Positions 50,597 to 63,480 of a stretch of 64,000 nucleotides of DNA are shown here, piece after piece. The stretch is from Cyanophora paradoxa CCMP329 (Eukaryota > Plantae > Glaucophyta). The DNA lies in the NCBI GenBank assembly GCA_004431415.1, contig QPMI01000516.1, forward strand, positions 124,001 through 188,000, in the 5' to 3' direction. How positions within the stretch are numbered: position 1 is the first letter of the stretch; each line of letters begins with the position of its first letter. The position numbers and the translations under genes are program-made. The notes under the pieces are model-generated. The model was not told the DNA's origin. It searched no databases and worked only from the letters and a program-made list of their open reading frames with translations.

Positions 50597-53500
50597 ATGG
50601 GCTGTCGCGGCTCCAAGCGAGAGCGGGCGGCGGCGGCCTCGGCGGCGGCAGTGTCGACGAGCGAGGTGGTCGTCGAGGTCTCCGGCAGCTCGCCCGCGGC
50701 CCCGCCGCCGGCACCAGCGCCTCTCAACGTCGCGCCCCCTGTGGCAAAGCCTCCCGCGCCTCCGGCGCCACCGGCGCCCGCGGCGCAGCCTTCGGCGGAG
50801 CAAAGGCAGCGGCAGCAGATCGTTTCGACGCCGCCGGCGCCGCAGGCGCCGCAGGAGAAGCGCCACGGCTTCCTCCCGCGCCTCGGCAGCCGGAAGCTGT
50901 CAACGACGTCGGCGTTGACGCCCGCGGGCGCGCCGGAGCCGGCGCCGCGCCACGAGCTGTCCCTCTTCGATCCCGCGCGACAGGAGACACGCGTCGTCCG
51001 GGTCTTCCTCAGGTGCGCCGGCCGTCCGCGTCCGGATCCGCCGCTCCGTGCGCCGGCGCCGCCGCCGCCGCTCACCTCCGAGGCTCTATGCAGCTCGACG
51101 TTCCAGGACATGGGGGCGGAGCGGGACGCGATCCGCGCGCTCGCGACGCCGCCGCTCAAGGCCCTCGTCGCCGCGGAGCGCGCCCTCTTCTGCCACGTCG
51201 CCGACCTCCGCTGTGCGCATGCGCGCCGCCGCCGCGCGCTCCGCTCGGCTCCGTAAGCGTTCGACTTCGAGCGCGGCGGCGGTGCAGGGGGGATCACTGA
51301 CGAGGCGGCGCGGGCGGGTGACGTGGTGCTCCTCTGCCTGAAAGAGATCGCCCGCTGCACGCACTTCGTCGCATTCATCAAGGGCCCGCCCGCCCGCCCG
51401 CCCCGCCCCCGCCCGCCCCGCCCCCGCCTGCCCGCCCCCGCCGCCCTCGCCCTGGAAGCCGAGGCGCGTGCGCGCGCAGGGCGATACGGCTGGCACCGCG
51501 ACGACGAGAAGGGCCCCAGCGACGCCGGCAACGCCCTCCTGAGCCGGCGTGCCGCCCGCTAGGTCCCCTGGACAAGGGCTCCTGGACTGAGGCGCCCGTG
51601 CAGGAACCTGGAGCGGGCGCAGGGCAAGTACCCCTGGATCGCCCAGTGGGCCGACCGCTCCGTGACCGAGGTACCCCCCCTCCTCCTCGCCCCCCCCCCC
51701 CCCCCCCCTTCCCTCAGCCGCCCCGCAGCTCGAGATCCGCGCCGGCGCCCTCAACAACCCCAGGCGCCTTTCCCTCCCTCCCCCCGCCCCCGCCCCCCCC
51801 CCCCCCCCCCCCCCCCCTCAGCTGAGTCGGGCGCGGGCGGCGGCAGGCGGCGCGGGGCCGGTGCGCCTTCTACTTCGCCGACGAGGGGCTGGCGGCGCGG
51901 GAGGCGGGGGCGCCCGAGGGGCCCCGCGCCGCCTACTGCCTCGCCGCCCTCCGCGACGAGATCCGGTGCGGCATGCTATCCTGTACCCCCCTCTACACGA
52001 CCTTGACCTGTACCCCACCCCCTTCGAAAACAGGCGGACGGGCCTGCCGGTGAGGGAGTACGGGTCGGCGGAGGGCCTCGCGGACGCTATTCGCGGGGAC
52101 CTGCTCGCTGTGCGCCGTACCCCCCCCTCCCCCCGCCGCCGCCGCCCCCCGCCCCCTCCTACCTTCGGCCGCCGGAGCCGACGGCGGGCCCGGGGCCGGC
52201 AGATGGTGGAGCGGGAGCACCCGGCGGGGCGGCACCGCTCGTGGCTCGACGGCGAGCGCGCCGCCGCCGCCGCCTTCGCCGCCTCCCGCCAGGCGCGGCC
52301 CCTGCCCCCCTTCCACCCCCCCCCCCCTCCTACCCCCCTCGCCCCGGTCCGAGCCGGGTCGCAGCGCGTGTACGTGAAGGACGAGGGGACCTCCAAGTAC
52401 CCCCCCCCCCCCCCCTCCCCCTCCGCTTCGGCTCGCGCTGAGGCGGCGGCAGTCGCTATGCGCGTACTGCGCGGCGGGGGGCCCCGAGGCGATGCTGGTG
52501 ACGGGCGACGGCGGCTGCGGCAAGTCGGCGCTGCTGGCGAACTGGTGGCGCGAGTGGGCCGCCACCCGCCCCGACGACCTCGCCCTCGTCCACTTCGTCG
52601 TGCGCCGCCTCGAATCCGCTCGGGCCCCTCTCTGAGCCCCCCGCAGGGCGCCTCGCAGAGCAGCTCGCTGCTGGCCTCGCTGGCGCGGCGCCTCTCCGAG
52701 GAGGTCTGCGCCCGCTGGCCCCACGCCGACCCCCTCGACCACCGCGGCTCCGACGCAGATGCACGTACCCCCCCCCCTGCCCCCCCCCCCCCCTCCGCAT
52801 TTTCTTAAGTGTTCTTAAGTGTTCTGAAGGTGGCGGGGCGGCTGGCGGCGTGGCTGGACCGCGGCGCCCGCGAGTGGCCCGCCCGCGTTGTCCTCGCCGT
52901 CGACGGCCTCGACCAGGTACCCCCCTTCAGCTCCTTCCTCCCCCGCTGGAGCCGAGGCTCCCCCCGCAGATGCTTGGGGACGCGGCGGCGACGGGCCTGG
53001 CGTGGCTGCCGCACGCGGCGGGGCCGCGCCTGCGTCTCGTCCTCTCGGCGCTGCCGGGCCCCGCCCTCGAGGCGGCGGCCGCCCGCCCGCACCTGCGGCT
53101 CGAGCTGCGGCCGCTGACGCTGGAGCGGCGGCGGCGGCTCGCGGGGGACGCGCTGGCGCTGCAGGGGCGCGCCCTCTCCGGCGAGCACCTTGAGCGCCTC
53201 GCCTCCGCCGCCCCCTGCGCCAACGCCCTCTTCCTCACAGTCCTCCTCGAGGTACCCCGGGTGGAGAGGGGGATACGCAGTCAGAGCGGCTAAAGGCTTA
53301 TTTAGAAGAAGCTCAAACGCGGCGTACCACGCTCCGGTTGAGCTTGGGCTTGAGAAGCGCGGCTGACGGCCTGGCTCGCAGGAGCTCTCGAACATGTCTG
53401 TGCACGCGAACCTCGACGCCGACCTGTGGACCCTCCTCGACGCGCGCACCCTCCCGGCCCCGCCCGCCCGCCCCGCTCCCGCCTCCGCCTCCGCTGAGGC

Positions 53501-56500
53501 CGGCCTACGCAGTGCGGCGAGCCGGTCGCGCTCTACCGCCGCCTCCTCTTCCGCCTCGGGCGCCAGCACGGCGCCCGCACCCTCCAGGCCCGCCCCGGCC
53601 CCTCTCTCCGGCCCTTTGCCACCTCTTTCTGAGCGGGCGGCGGGGCAGGACGCGGCGGGGGCGCTGGCGTGCGCGCGGCACGGGATGGCGGAGGCGGAGC
53701 TCGCCGCCTTCCTCAACGTCGGCGCCCCCGGCGGCCCCAACGCGGTGCGCCCCAGGGCCTCTTTGAAACTCCTACTAGACTATTATGAAAAACGTCTCAA
53801 CCTTCTTTCGTTCCTGGAGCTCAAACTTCTATGAAAGTTTTATTAGGCCTCTTCTCTTGAGCTTCATTAAACGGGGCGGGGCGGGGCGGGGCGGCAGGTG
53901 GCGTGGTCCCTCGCGTGGAGCGCCCTCCTTCCCCACCTCGTCTGCCGCGGTCCGCCCCCGCCCTCCTCCCCCCGCCCCCTCCCGCAGAATACCGCTTATC
54001 CCGCAGTTCTTTGTATAAATACCATCCGCCGCCCTTCCTACACTCTTTATCATCCGCCGTCCTCCCGCGCCGTCTGAGCCGCCGGCGGCCTCGACGCAGA
54101 CGGACTCTACTCCTTCTTCCACCGCTGCACCACCGAGGTGGACCGCCTCTCTTCTGTCTTACCCGCGGCGCCCTCTATCTAACTCTAAGAACGGGGGCAG
54201 GCGGTGGAGGAGGAGTACGGCCTGCGGGACGCCTCGGCCCCCGCCCGGCGGCACGTCCACGACCGCCTCGGCTCCTTCTTCGCCCGCGAGCCCGACTCCC
54301 AGGCGCCCCGCCCGCGGCTCCGCCCTCGGCTCCCATATATACATAAACTATACTAAGGTTTCATTGGCAGCGGCGGGCGGAGGAGGGCCCGTGGGCGCTG
54401 GCGCGGGCGGGCCCGCGGGCGGGGGAGCGGCTGGCGGGCCTCCTCTCCGAGCCCGACGTCCTCACCCGCCTCGACGACTACGAGCTCGCCTCCCTCTGGC
54501 TCGCAAGGTACCCCCCCCCTCCCCCCCCCCAGACACACACACACGCTTTTAAGCCTCCTCTTCCTTACTTCCCTTGCTTTGCAGCGGGCGCGGGGAGGAG
54601 GCGGCCTCGCGCTACGCGGCGACGCTGGGGCTGGGCCGGCGGGACGCCGACGCGAGCGGGCTCCTGCGCGCCGGCGAACTCCTCTCCGCCATGGGGCGGC
54701 CCTCCGAGGGCCTCCCCTTCGTCCAGGCCCGCCCCCCCCCCTCTCAGATCTGACCTGACCTGAGCTGATCTGAGCTGAGCGGCCCGGGTGCATGCGCAGA
54801 GCGCGGTGGCCATCTGCCGCGTGACCCTCTCGTGCGCACCCTTCTTAATAAGACTCCGCCGCTTCGCGGCCGATTTCGAGGGTCGGGGGGGCAGAGAGGA
54901 GCACCCCGGGACCGCGGCGGCGCTGAACAGCCTGGGGAACGTGCAGCGGGAGGTGGGCAACCTGCCAGCGGCCCGCCGCGCCTACGAGGAGGCCCTCGCC
55001 ATCCTCGGGCGGACGCTGGGCGCCGAGGACCCTGCCGCCGCCACCTGCATGAACTCCCTCGGCCTCCTCGTCAAGTGCAGTGCCGCCGCCCCTATCAAAA
55101 GACCGCGCAGAGCAACGCAGGCCGGCCCGGCCTGACGCAGAGCAGGCAGCAGGGCGACCTGGACGCCGCCGCACTCCTCTACGAGGCGAGCCCCCGCGCC
55201 TCCGCCTCCTCCGAGTCCTCTGAAGCTTTAGCGAAGTCTGACCGGCCGGCCGCGCCCCGCAGCAAGCCCTCCGCGTGCAGCGGCGGGTCAAGGGCCCCGA
55301 GCACCCAGGCGACCGTTCCCTCGCCCCTCCCCCTCCTCGCCTTGGCTGACGCGCGCGCGCGGGCGCCGCGGGCAGAGACGGCGAAGACGCTGCAGAACTA
55401 CGCCGTGCTGCTGCGCGAGAAGGGCGACCTCCCCGCCGCCCGCGCCGCCTACGAGGCGAGCGGGGCCCCGCCCACCCGCCCGCCCCCGCCTTCGCTCCGC
55501 TGAGGGCGGCGGGCGGGCCGGGGGCAGGAGGCGCTGCGGGCGAAGCGCAAGACGCAGGGGGCCGAGCACCCCGAGACGGCGAGCGCCTCTGGCTTTCGCA
55601 GCTTAAATTTCGCGGCTGACGCCGGGCCCGGCCCGGCCGCGGGGCGCGCAGGCGGGGACGATGCTGAACCTGGCGAACCTGCTCGCGCAAATGGGCCACG
55701 CGGAGGAGTCCCGCCGCCTCCGCGACGACGGCCTCCGCATCACCCGCGCCGCTCTCGGGTACCCCCCTCTACCTCCTAGGAGCTTCTCTTCTCGAGGCTG
55801 ACCTCGTCGGGGCAGGCCGGAGCACCCGGCGACGGCGGCGGCGCTGACGGGCGCCGCGCTGCAGCAGACGGAGGACTACGCGGGGGCGCGGCCGCTGCTG
55901 GAGGAGGCCCTGCGCATCACGCAGCGGGCGTACGGCACCGAGCACCACGAGACCGCCGGCTGCGTCATGAACATCGCAAGCCTCGAGCTGCAGGTGCGCG
56001 TACCCCCCTCCAACGTCCCCCCCCCTCCTCCTCTCGGGCCGACGCGGCCGGCCGGGCGGGCAGCACGGGCGGCTGGAGAGCGCGCAGGCGGCGTTCGAGG
56101 AGGCGCTGCGGGTGTACCGGGCGACTGTGGGCGAGGCGCACGCTGACTACTGCCGCGCCGCCGGCAACTTTGGCGAGCTGCTCGCCCGCCGCGGCGACCT
56201 CCCCGCCGCCCGCGCCGCCATGGAGGCCCGTGGCCCCTCCCCGTCCCCTGAAACGCTCCTCTGAAGCATTCGCGCCGCAGGGGGCGATCAAGGGGTACGA
56301 CGCGGCGCTGGGGCGGCACCACCCGGAGTCGGCGGCCGTCCGCGAGAACCTCGCCGCCCTCCTCCTCAGGCGCGCACCGCCGCCGCCCGCCGCCGCCGCT
56401 CACCCCCGCCTCTGAGGCCGCGGCCCGGCGCGCAGGGAGGGCGACGCGGCGGCTGCGCTGGGCCCGCTGCGGGAGGCGCTGGCGGGGTACCGGGCGAGCC

Positions 56501-56970
56501 TGGGGCCCGGGCACGCGAAGACGCGCAAGGCGACGCTCGCCCTCGGCGACGTCGCCGCCCGCGCCGGCGACCTCCCCGCCGCCCGCGCCGCCTTCGACGC
56601 CCGTCCTTCGCCCGCGGGCCCGCGGCACTCTTCTGCTCCGCTTAATGCGGTGGCGGGCGCGCGCGCAGGAGCTGCTGGCGGTGAGCCGGCGCGAGTTCGG
56701 GGCCCGCAGCATCGAGGCGGCCGTCGCGTCCTGGAGGGTGCGCGCGCCGCCCGCACGCGGCCGGTGCACGCGCGCGCTCACCCGACCCGGCCGCAGCTCG
56801 GGACGGTGCTGGAGGCGCAGGGCAGGTACGGCGAGGCGGCGCGCTCGCTCGAGGCGGCGCTGGCGGCGTACGAGCGGGAGATGGGCGGCTGTGCGCCCGA
56901 GACGGCCGCCCTGCGCGACGAGCTCCGCGCCGCCCGCGACAAGGCCGAACTCGCCGCCGCCATGGCCTGA
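50597..56970 (+). CDS. DUF4062 + STAND (NACHT-like) NTPase + TPR protein (NPHP3/TEP1-like), N-terminal MGCRGSK
   Basis: VRVFLSSTFQDMGAERD...DLRWGI...CLKEIARC...GRYGW...SVTELEI (DUF4062). Walker A LVTGDGGCGKSALL, Walker B VVLAVDGLDQ, NALFLTVLLEEL. Many HPxTAxxLNxLG kinesin-light-chain-type TPRs. About 34 introns. Confidence 0.92.
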
Positions 56971-57159
56971 TTTTGCACGATTTAATTTACTGTGCAATTT
57001 GCACTTGGTATCTGCGGTCTTGTCATTGTACACTCATTTGTTTTACAACATATGCATACCTGTCATCTGTCATACTTCGAGGACCCGAGTTTTTAGTTTT
57101 TTTTTGGAGATTAGGGCCAGCCCAGGAAATTTAAGACCGTCGGACACGCTAGAGATTTG

Positions 57160-57364
57160 CACATTAATCGCGGAGGCGACCGCTGTGCACGTTAATCGCG
57201 GAGGCAACCGCTGATTGGATAATTCGAAGGGAAGGAAAAGAGGGGATGGTTCGACGTCGTTGCTAGAATAGTTCAGGTCGGGTCAGGTTGCTAGATTGGA
57301 TAATTCGAAGGAAAGGAAAAAGGGAAGGGAACGCGTCGACGTCGTTGCTAGAAAAGTTCAGGTC
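57160..57364. repeat. Local direct repeats (TTAATCGCGGAGGCRACCGCTG x2; ~65-bp GATTGGATAATTCGAAGG...AGTTCAGGTC x2)
   Basis: Directly visible in the intergenic region between convergent genes. Confidence 0.85.
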
Positions 57365-57914
57365 TAGAATCTAGAGGGAGCACATGCCCAGGGGAAGTTG
57401 GGCGGGAGGAAGTACGCGCAGCTGCAGCTGCCGGGGCTGCGCATGCCGAGCTCGAGAGGGGTGACACGGAGAATTGGGAAATTGGGAGGAGGAGCTCGAG
57501 CTTGCTGAAGAAAGGAACACCTGTAGAGGACGAACATGCCACTTCAAGGCTTTTGGTCCTGCCAGGCTGTGCTTAATTAGAGTACCTGCTTTCGGAGCGA
57601 GTCGCAATTGATCTCCCTCGAGTGCCTCGGTACCGGTGTGCCATCCCAAGTGCACGTGCACAGTGCACGTGCTTTTCTGGCCATGGGTCGACCTCGGTAC
57701 CGGTGTTTGTTCGGCTCTGACCTGCAGTCCTATGGCACCCGGCCCCCCTCCCCTCCCCATGGCCAGTAAACCTTTAGTTTCCCTCCCGTTCTCCCTCCGA
57801 GCCTCCCGTACGCGTGGAACTTTGGAAATCTGAAGCATAAAACGAAGTTGTAGCCAAAGTCTGGCTGCTACTAAAGCTGAAGCATAAGACGAAGTTGTAG
57901 CCAAAGTCTGGCTA

Positions 57915-60260
57915 CTAGGCGATGCGTCCATTCGCGTAGAGGACGACTTGGGGGTCTGCGACGACTGCAACCTGCACAGGGCAGTTGAAGTACGCGTTCC
58001 AGTGAGCGAGTCGATTTGCCCTGTTCGCGGATCCTCCCGTGAAGCGGATGACAGCGCTGGCGCCCGCTATGCCGCTAACGCCGCAATGAATGTTGCGCCA
58101 CAACAACGCGCCCGCGCCGGCAGCAACATCCACGCTCAGCCCGGTGATGTTTGTGAATGCACTTAGGATAGCGTGCGCTGCAAAGACACTCCAGCTTAGT
58201 ACGTTCATTCATTGGTTTAACAGAGAACCAGCAAGAACTCACCATATCCAGTAGAAACACGGATTCCAGTAATGCCGCCGTTGAAATGCATGCCGCAAAG
58301 ATTGGGCTCCCCGCCTCGGACCTCGATCCCAACCGCATCTGGGGCCGGTGCTTTTACTTCCATCCACGACAGAAAGGCTTTGCCACTTGGGAACTGTGCG
58401 AAGATTAGCAACAGTCGAATGTTCGCTACATGATTTCAATGAAGACTCAAGTGATCACTTTTATTGCGAAGCCTCTTTGTCCTGGGTGTTCGACGTCAAA
58501 TCCACAGAAAACAGCATCGGACCGACACTCGATCGTGTTGGGGATCGACATTGCACCGCGGATGACGCAGGTGACCTCGTCTCGAGACGACTGTAGACCC
58601 TTGGCGCCGACCAGAGTGATGTTTCGGTTGATGACAGCTGGATTATTAAGGTTGTGCCTGCAATCTATTTAGGCTTTAGGTCCGTGTAACAGAAAGGCTT
58701 TCGCGCACACGCCAGGTCCCACATAGACAATGTCAAAGTCCTTGAGCATTCTTCCAGGAACCTGTTCTTGCAGGATAGCCTCCAGGGACATTAGATGACG
58801 CGCTGTGATGCTCGATGCCCTGAAATCAGCGACTGCCTCCAACTGCAAAACGACCGAAATTGAATAGACTGCAGCTAGCGCTGCGATCTCGAGCGCGAGC
58901 TCGAATTAAAATAAAATGGCACACCGCACTTGTATCTCGCCTTCCCATTGCCCAAATCGCACGTTTGAAGCGCTGCTCCGTGATAGCTGAATTGGACGCC
59001 ATGACAAACATTGTGCGGTAGAGGCGATGTTTGTGACGCTGAATAACACTTTCAGCAGACGCTACTCGCAGCATTTCATTTCGAAGCTGCATGTCCTGCA
59101 AGACGCATTTCAGCAGCTGCAACATGCATATGCATATGGATATGAAATCGAAGCACTCGTACGCGTATTGTTCACATGCACCTTAAGAACGAGTAGAAGT
59201 AGAAGCAGCCCGATATATGCACCTGTCGCTTGTGTGGGAACGTAGTCGTACATCCAGTCCGGAATTCGAACATCCAGTACTTCGGTGGGAGACAAATTCC
59301 TGCGAAGCAGCGCATTCGAATTCACAGCTGCAGGTGTTCTTATTCGAATTTAATTTATAGCGACGTTAACAATAGATAGCCCCCGACCTCAAACCGCAGT
59401 AGATGGCGAAGGCTATCCCGGAAAGACCTAAACAAATGCTTCCACCGATGGCCTGAGCGCCCAGCAGCAAATTGGAGTTGAACTCTTGAGCACGCAGGCT
59501 GAGCTCTCGAGCACGCAAACTAAACACGGCTGCCCAGCGCTCTCCGATATCCGCCAGTGCGAAGCTTATATGCCGTCCACCATTCTCGATCCCGTGGCCG
59601 ATGAAGTACCCCGATAAGGTCAACGGCAGAGCCACGGTCCTCACGGCCACAACCACAGCATCACCAAGCTTTGCAAACGCTGTTCGCACGTTATAATTAA
59701 ATAGAGATCGGTAGAAAGCGTAGCGCGTCGATGACGACAGCGCTGGCGCGTCAAAAACATAAAAAATTTAATAGAACCTTCGACGAGCCCATTAGACAGT
59801 CTGTCAGCACCTGCGCTCGCGGCTGACTGTGGGCTTCAAATCTTAAAAATTTCAACCTTCCAAGCATGATGCATATATATGAACCTTGCTCGATGGCCCG
59901 GCGGTGTTCAGCGCCCATATTACCGAGGCCTGCTTGAACCCATAATGCGCTATAGCTATAATATAGCTACTAGGCTAGGACTTTGGCATGCATCTTTCTT
60001 AAAAAGCAGACCTGTGGCGATTCCACCGCACAAATTCGTGCCGCCTGCGTTATTCATTTATATTCAAATCCTGCGGCATGCGCATGTGGCACTGTACATG
60101 TGGCAATCAAACCTGCGGCGAGCCCGGCATGCATGTATGCGCCGACATGTTCGGACCCGTCGCTCACGGAACGAGCCAGCCGTCTTCCAACATTATCGCC
60201 AGCCAACGCGCCTGCTAAAGCAATGCCGATTCCTACAAACGCGCTCTCGACCACACCCAT
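57915..60260 (-). CDS. Membrane protein with a C-terminal right-handed beta-helix (pectin-lyase/CASH-like) domain, multi-exon
   Basis: Spliced C-terminus: DIVYVGPGVHNLNNPAVINRNITLVGAKG...FCGFDVEHPGQRGFAIK|...GIEVRGGEPNLCGMHFNGGITGIRV. Upstream exons contain hydrophobic helices (AFVGIGIALAGALAG, ICLGLSGIAFAIY, YIGLLLLLLVLK). Linkage into one gene is inferred. Confidence 0.6.
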
Positions 60261-60699
60261 TCCAGCTGCAGCTCCCTAGTAGGAGTCTCTACGTGCGCGC
60301 GTGGCTGTATACGTAGCTGAACAGGTGCCAAGTTGAACCGCGGCCGCAGCCTGAACGTAACTTCCTGGCGAACCGATGAACGCGCCGCCGGCGCCCCCGT
60401 CGCCTTTCAAGAATCAGGAGTCTGGCGGCTCTGGCCCACCATCACGGCATGGCCAGAGGCCCAAAACGTGTATGAGCCTTCATCATGGCATAGTAGGCTC
60501 ATACTATATATGATAACTCATGCATATGATCATTACTTCAGTACCCGGGGCCGGTACATCAATGTAACATGTAGTAAGTGTCATGTACATCATCAGCCTG
60601 CATTATATATATGAAGTGACCGAGGTAATTCAGTGCCCTACGGTAATAACGGTATATGTTGTGAGCATGCGCAGTGCACAGTGCACGTACTACGGTAGC

Positions 60700-63480
60700 G
60701 GACGCCGCCGACGCCTCCCGCCGACGCCGAGCGAGCCCGTGCAGCCCCGCCCGCGCCCCCCGCCCGCGCGCCGCGCGCCCCACCGCAGGAGGCCGCGCGC
60801 CGCCGCCGCCGGACGCCCAGGACGCGAGGGACGAGGCCGCTACGCCGCCGACGCCTCCGCCGACGCGAGCGAGCCCGTGCAGCCCGCCCGCGTCCCCCGC
60901 CCGCGCGCCGCGCGCCCCGCCGCAGGAGGCCGCGCGCCGCCGCCGCCGGACGCCCAGGACGCGAGGGACGAGGCCGCGACGCCGCCGACGCCTCCCGCCG
61001 ACGCCGAGCGAGCCCGTGCAGCCCCGCCCGCGTCCCCGCCCGCGCGCCGCGCGCCCCACCGCAGGAGGCCGCGCGCCGCCGCCGCCGGACGCCCAGGACG
61101 CGAGGGACGAGGCCGCTACGCCGCCGACGCCTCCCGCCGACGCCGAGCGAGCCCGTGCAGCCCCGCCCGCGCCCCCGCCCGCGCGCCGCGCGCCCCGCCG
61201 CAGGAGGCCGCGCGCCGCCGCCGCCGGACGCCCAGGACGCGAGGGGACGAGGCCGCGACGCCGCCGACGCCTCCCGCCGACGCCGAGCGAGCCCGTGCAG
61301 CCCGCCCGCGCCCCCCGCCCGCGCGCCGCGCGCCCCGCCGCAGGAGGCCGCGCGCCGCCGCCGCCGGACGCCCAGGACGCGAGGGGACGAGGCCGCGACG
61401 CCGCCGACGCCTCCCGCCGACGCCGAGCGAGCCCGTGCAGCCCGCCCGCGCCCCCGCCCGCGCGCCGCGCGCCCCACCGCAGGAGGCCGCGCGCCGCCGC
61501 CGCCGGACGCCCAGGACGCGAGGGGACGAGGCCGCGACGCCGCCGACGCCTCCCGCCGACGCCGAGCGAGCCCGTGCAGCCCCGCCCGCGTCCCCCGCCC
61601 GCGCGCCGCGCGCCCCGCCGCAGGAGGCCGCGCGCCGCCGCCGCCGGACGCCCAGGACGCGAGGGGACGAGGCCGCTACGCCGCCGACGCCTCCCGCCGA
61701 CGCCGAGCGAGCCCGTGCAGCCCCGCCCGCGCCCCCCGCCCGCGCGCCGCGCGCCCGCCGCAGGAGGCCGCGCGCCGCCGCCGCCGGACGCCCAGGACGC
61801 GAGGGACGAGGCCGCGACGCCGCCGACGCCTCCCGCCGACGCCGAGCGAGCCCGTGCAGCCCCGCCCGCGCCCCCGCCCGCGCGCCGCGCGCCCCGCCGC
61901 AGGAGGCCGCGCGCCGCCGCCGCCGGACGCCCAGGACGCGAGGGACGAGGCCGCGACGCCGCCGACGCCTCCCGCCGACGCCGAGCGAGCCCGTGCAGCC
62001 CCGCCCGCGCCCCCGCCCGCGCGCCGCGCGCCCCGCTGCAGGAGGCCGCGCGCCGCCGCCGCCGGACGCCCAGGACGCGAGGGGACGAGGCCGCTACGCC
62101 GCCGACGCCTCCCGCCGACGCCGAGCGAGCCCGTGCAGCCCCGCCCGCGCCCCCCGCCCGCGCGCCGCGCGCCCCGCCGCAGGAGGCCGCGCGACGCCGC
62201 CGCCGGACGCCCAGGACGCGAGGGGACGAGGCCGCGACGCCGCCGACGCCTCCCGCCGACGCCGAGCGAGCCCGTGCAGCCCCGCCCGCGCCCCCCGCCC
62301 GCGCGCCGCGCGCCCCGCTGCAGGAGGCCGCGCGCCGCCGCCGCCGAACGCCCAGGACGCGAGGGGACGAGGCCGCGACGCCGCCGACGCCTCCCGCCGA
62401 CGCCGAGCGAGCCCGTGCAGCCCCGCCCGCGCCCCCGCCGCGCGCCGCGCGCCCCGCCGCAGGAGGCCGCGCGACGCCGCCGCCGGACGCCCAGGACGCG
62501 AGGGACGAGGCCGCGACGCCGCCGACGCCTCCCGCCGACGCCGAGCGAGCCCGTGCAGCCCCGCCCGCGCCCCCGCCCGCGCGCCGCGCGCCCCGCCGCA
62601 GGAGGCCGCGCGCCGCCGCCGCCGGTCGCCCAGGACGCGAGGGGACGAGGCCGCTACGCCGCCGACGCCTCCGCCGACGCCGAGCGAGCCCGTGCAGCCC
62701 CGCCCGCGCCCCCGCCCGCGCGCCGCGCGCCCCGCCGCAGGAGGCCGCGCGACGCCGCCGCCGGACGCCCAGGACGCGAGGGACGAGGCCGCTACGCCGC
62801 CGACGCCTCCCGCCGACGCCGAGCGAGCCCGTGCAGCCCCGCCCGCGCCCCCCGCCCGCGCGCCGCGCGCCCCGCCGCAGGAGGCCGCGCGACGCCGCCG
62901 CCGGTCGCCCAGGACGCGAGGGGACGAGGCCGCTACGCCACCGACGCCTCCCGCCGACGCCGAGCGAGCCCGTGCAACCCCGCCCGCGCCCCCGCCCGCG
63001 CGCCGCGCGCCCCGCTGCAGGAGGCCGCGCGACGCCGCCGCGGTCGCCCAGGACGCGAGGGGACGAGGCCGCTACGCCGCCGACGCCTCCCGCCGACGCC
63101 GAGCGAGCCCGTGCAGCCCCGCCCGCGCCCCCGCCCGCGCGCCGCGCGCCCCGCCGCAGGAGGCCGCGCGCCGCCGCCGCCGGACGCCCAGGACGCGAGG
63201 GGACGAGGCCGCGACGCCGCCGACGCCTCCTGCCGACGCCGAGCGAGCCCGTGCAGCCCCGCCCGCGCCCCCGCCCGCGCGCCGCACGCCCCGCCGCAGG
63301 AGGCCGCGCGACGCCGCCGCCGGTCGCCCAGGACGCGAGGGACGAGGCCGCTACGCCACCGACGCCTCCCGCCGACGCCGAGCGAGCCCGTGCAACCCCG
63401 CCCGCGCCCCCGCCCGCGCGCCGCGCGCCCTGCCGCAGGAGGCCGCGCGACGCCGCCGCCGGTCGCCCAGGACGTGAGGG
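60700..63480. repeat. GC-rich tandem satellite, ~139-140-bp unit, ~20 copies
   Basis: Unit ACGCCGCCGACGCCTCCCGCCGACGCCGAGCGAGCCCGTGCAGCCCC...CGCAGGAGGCCGCGCG...GGACGCCCAGGACGCGAGGG(G)ACGAGGCCGC recurs every ~139 nt. Confidence 0.97.

Noticed and set aside
52761-52829. GAT|GCACGT GC donor
   Set aside because: An alternative GT donor with an upstream AAG acceptor also keeps the frame, so it was excluded from the GC count.
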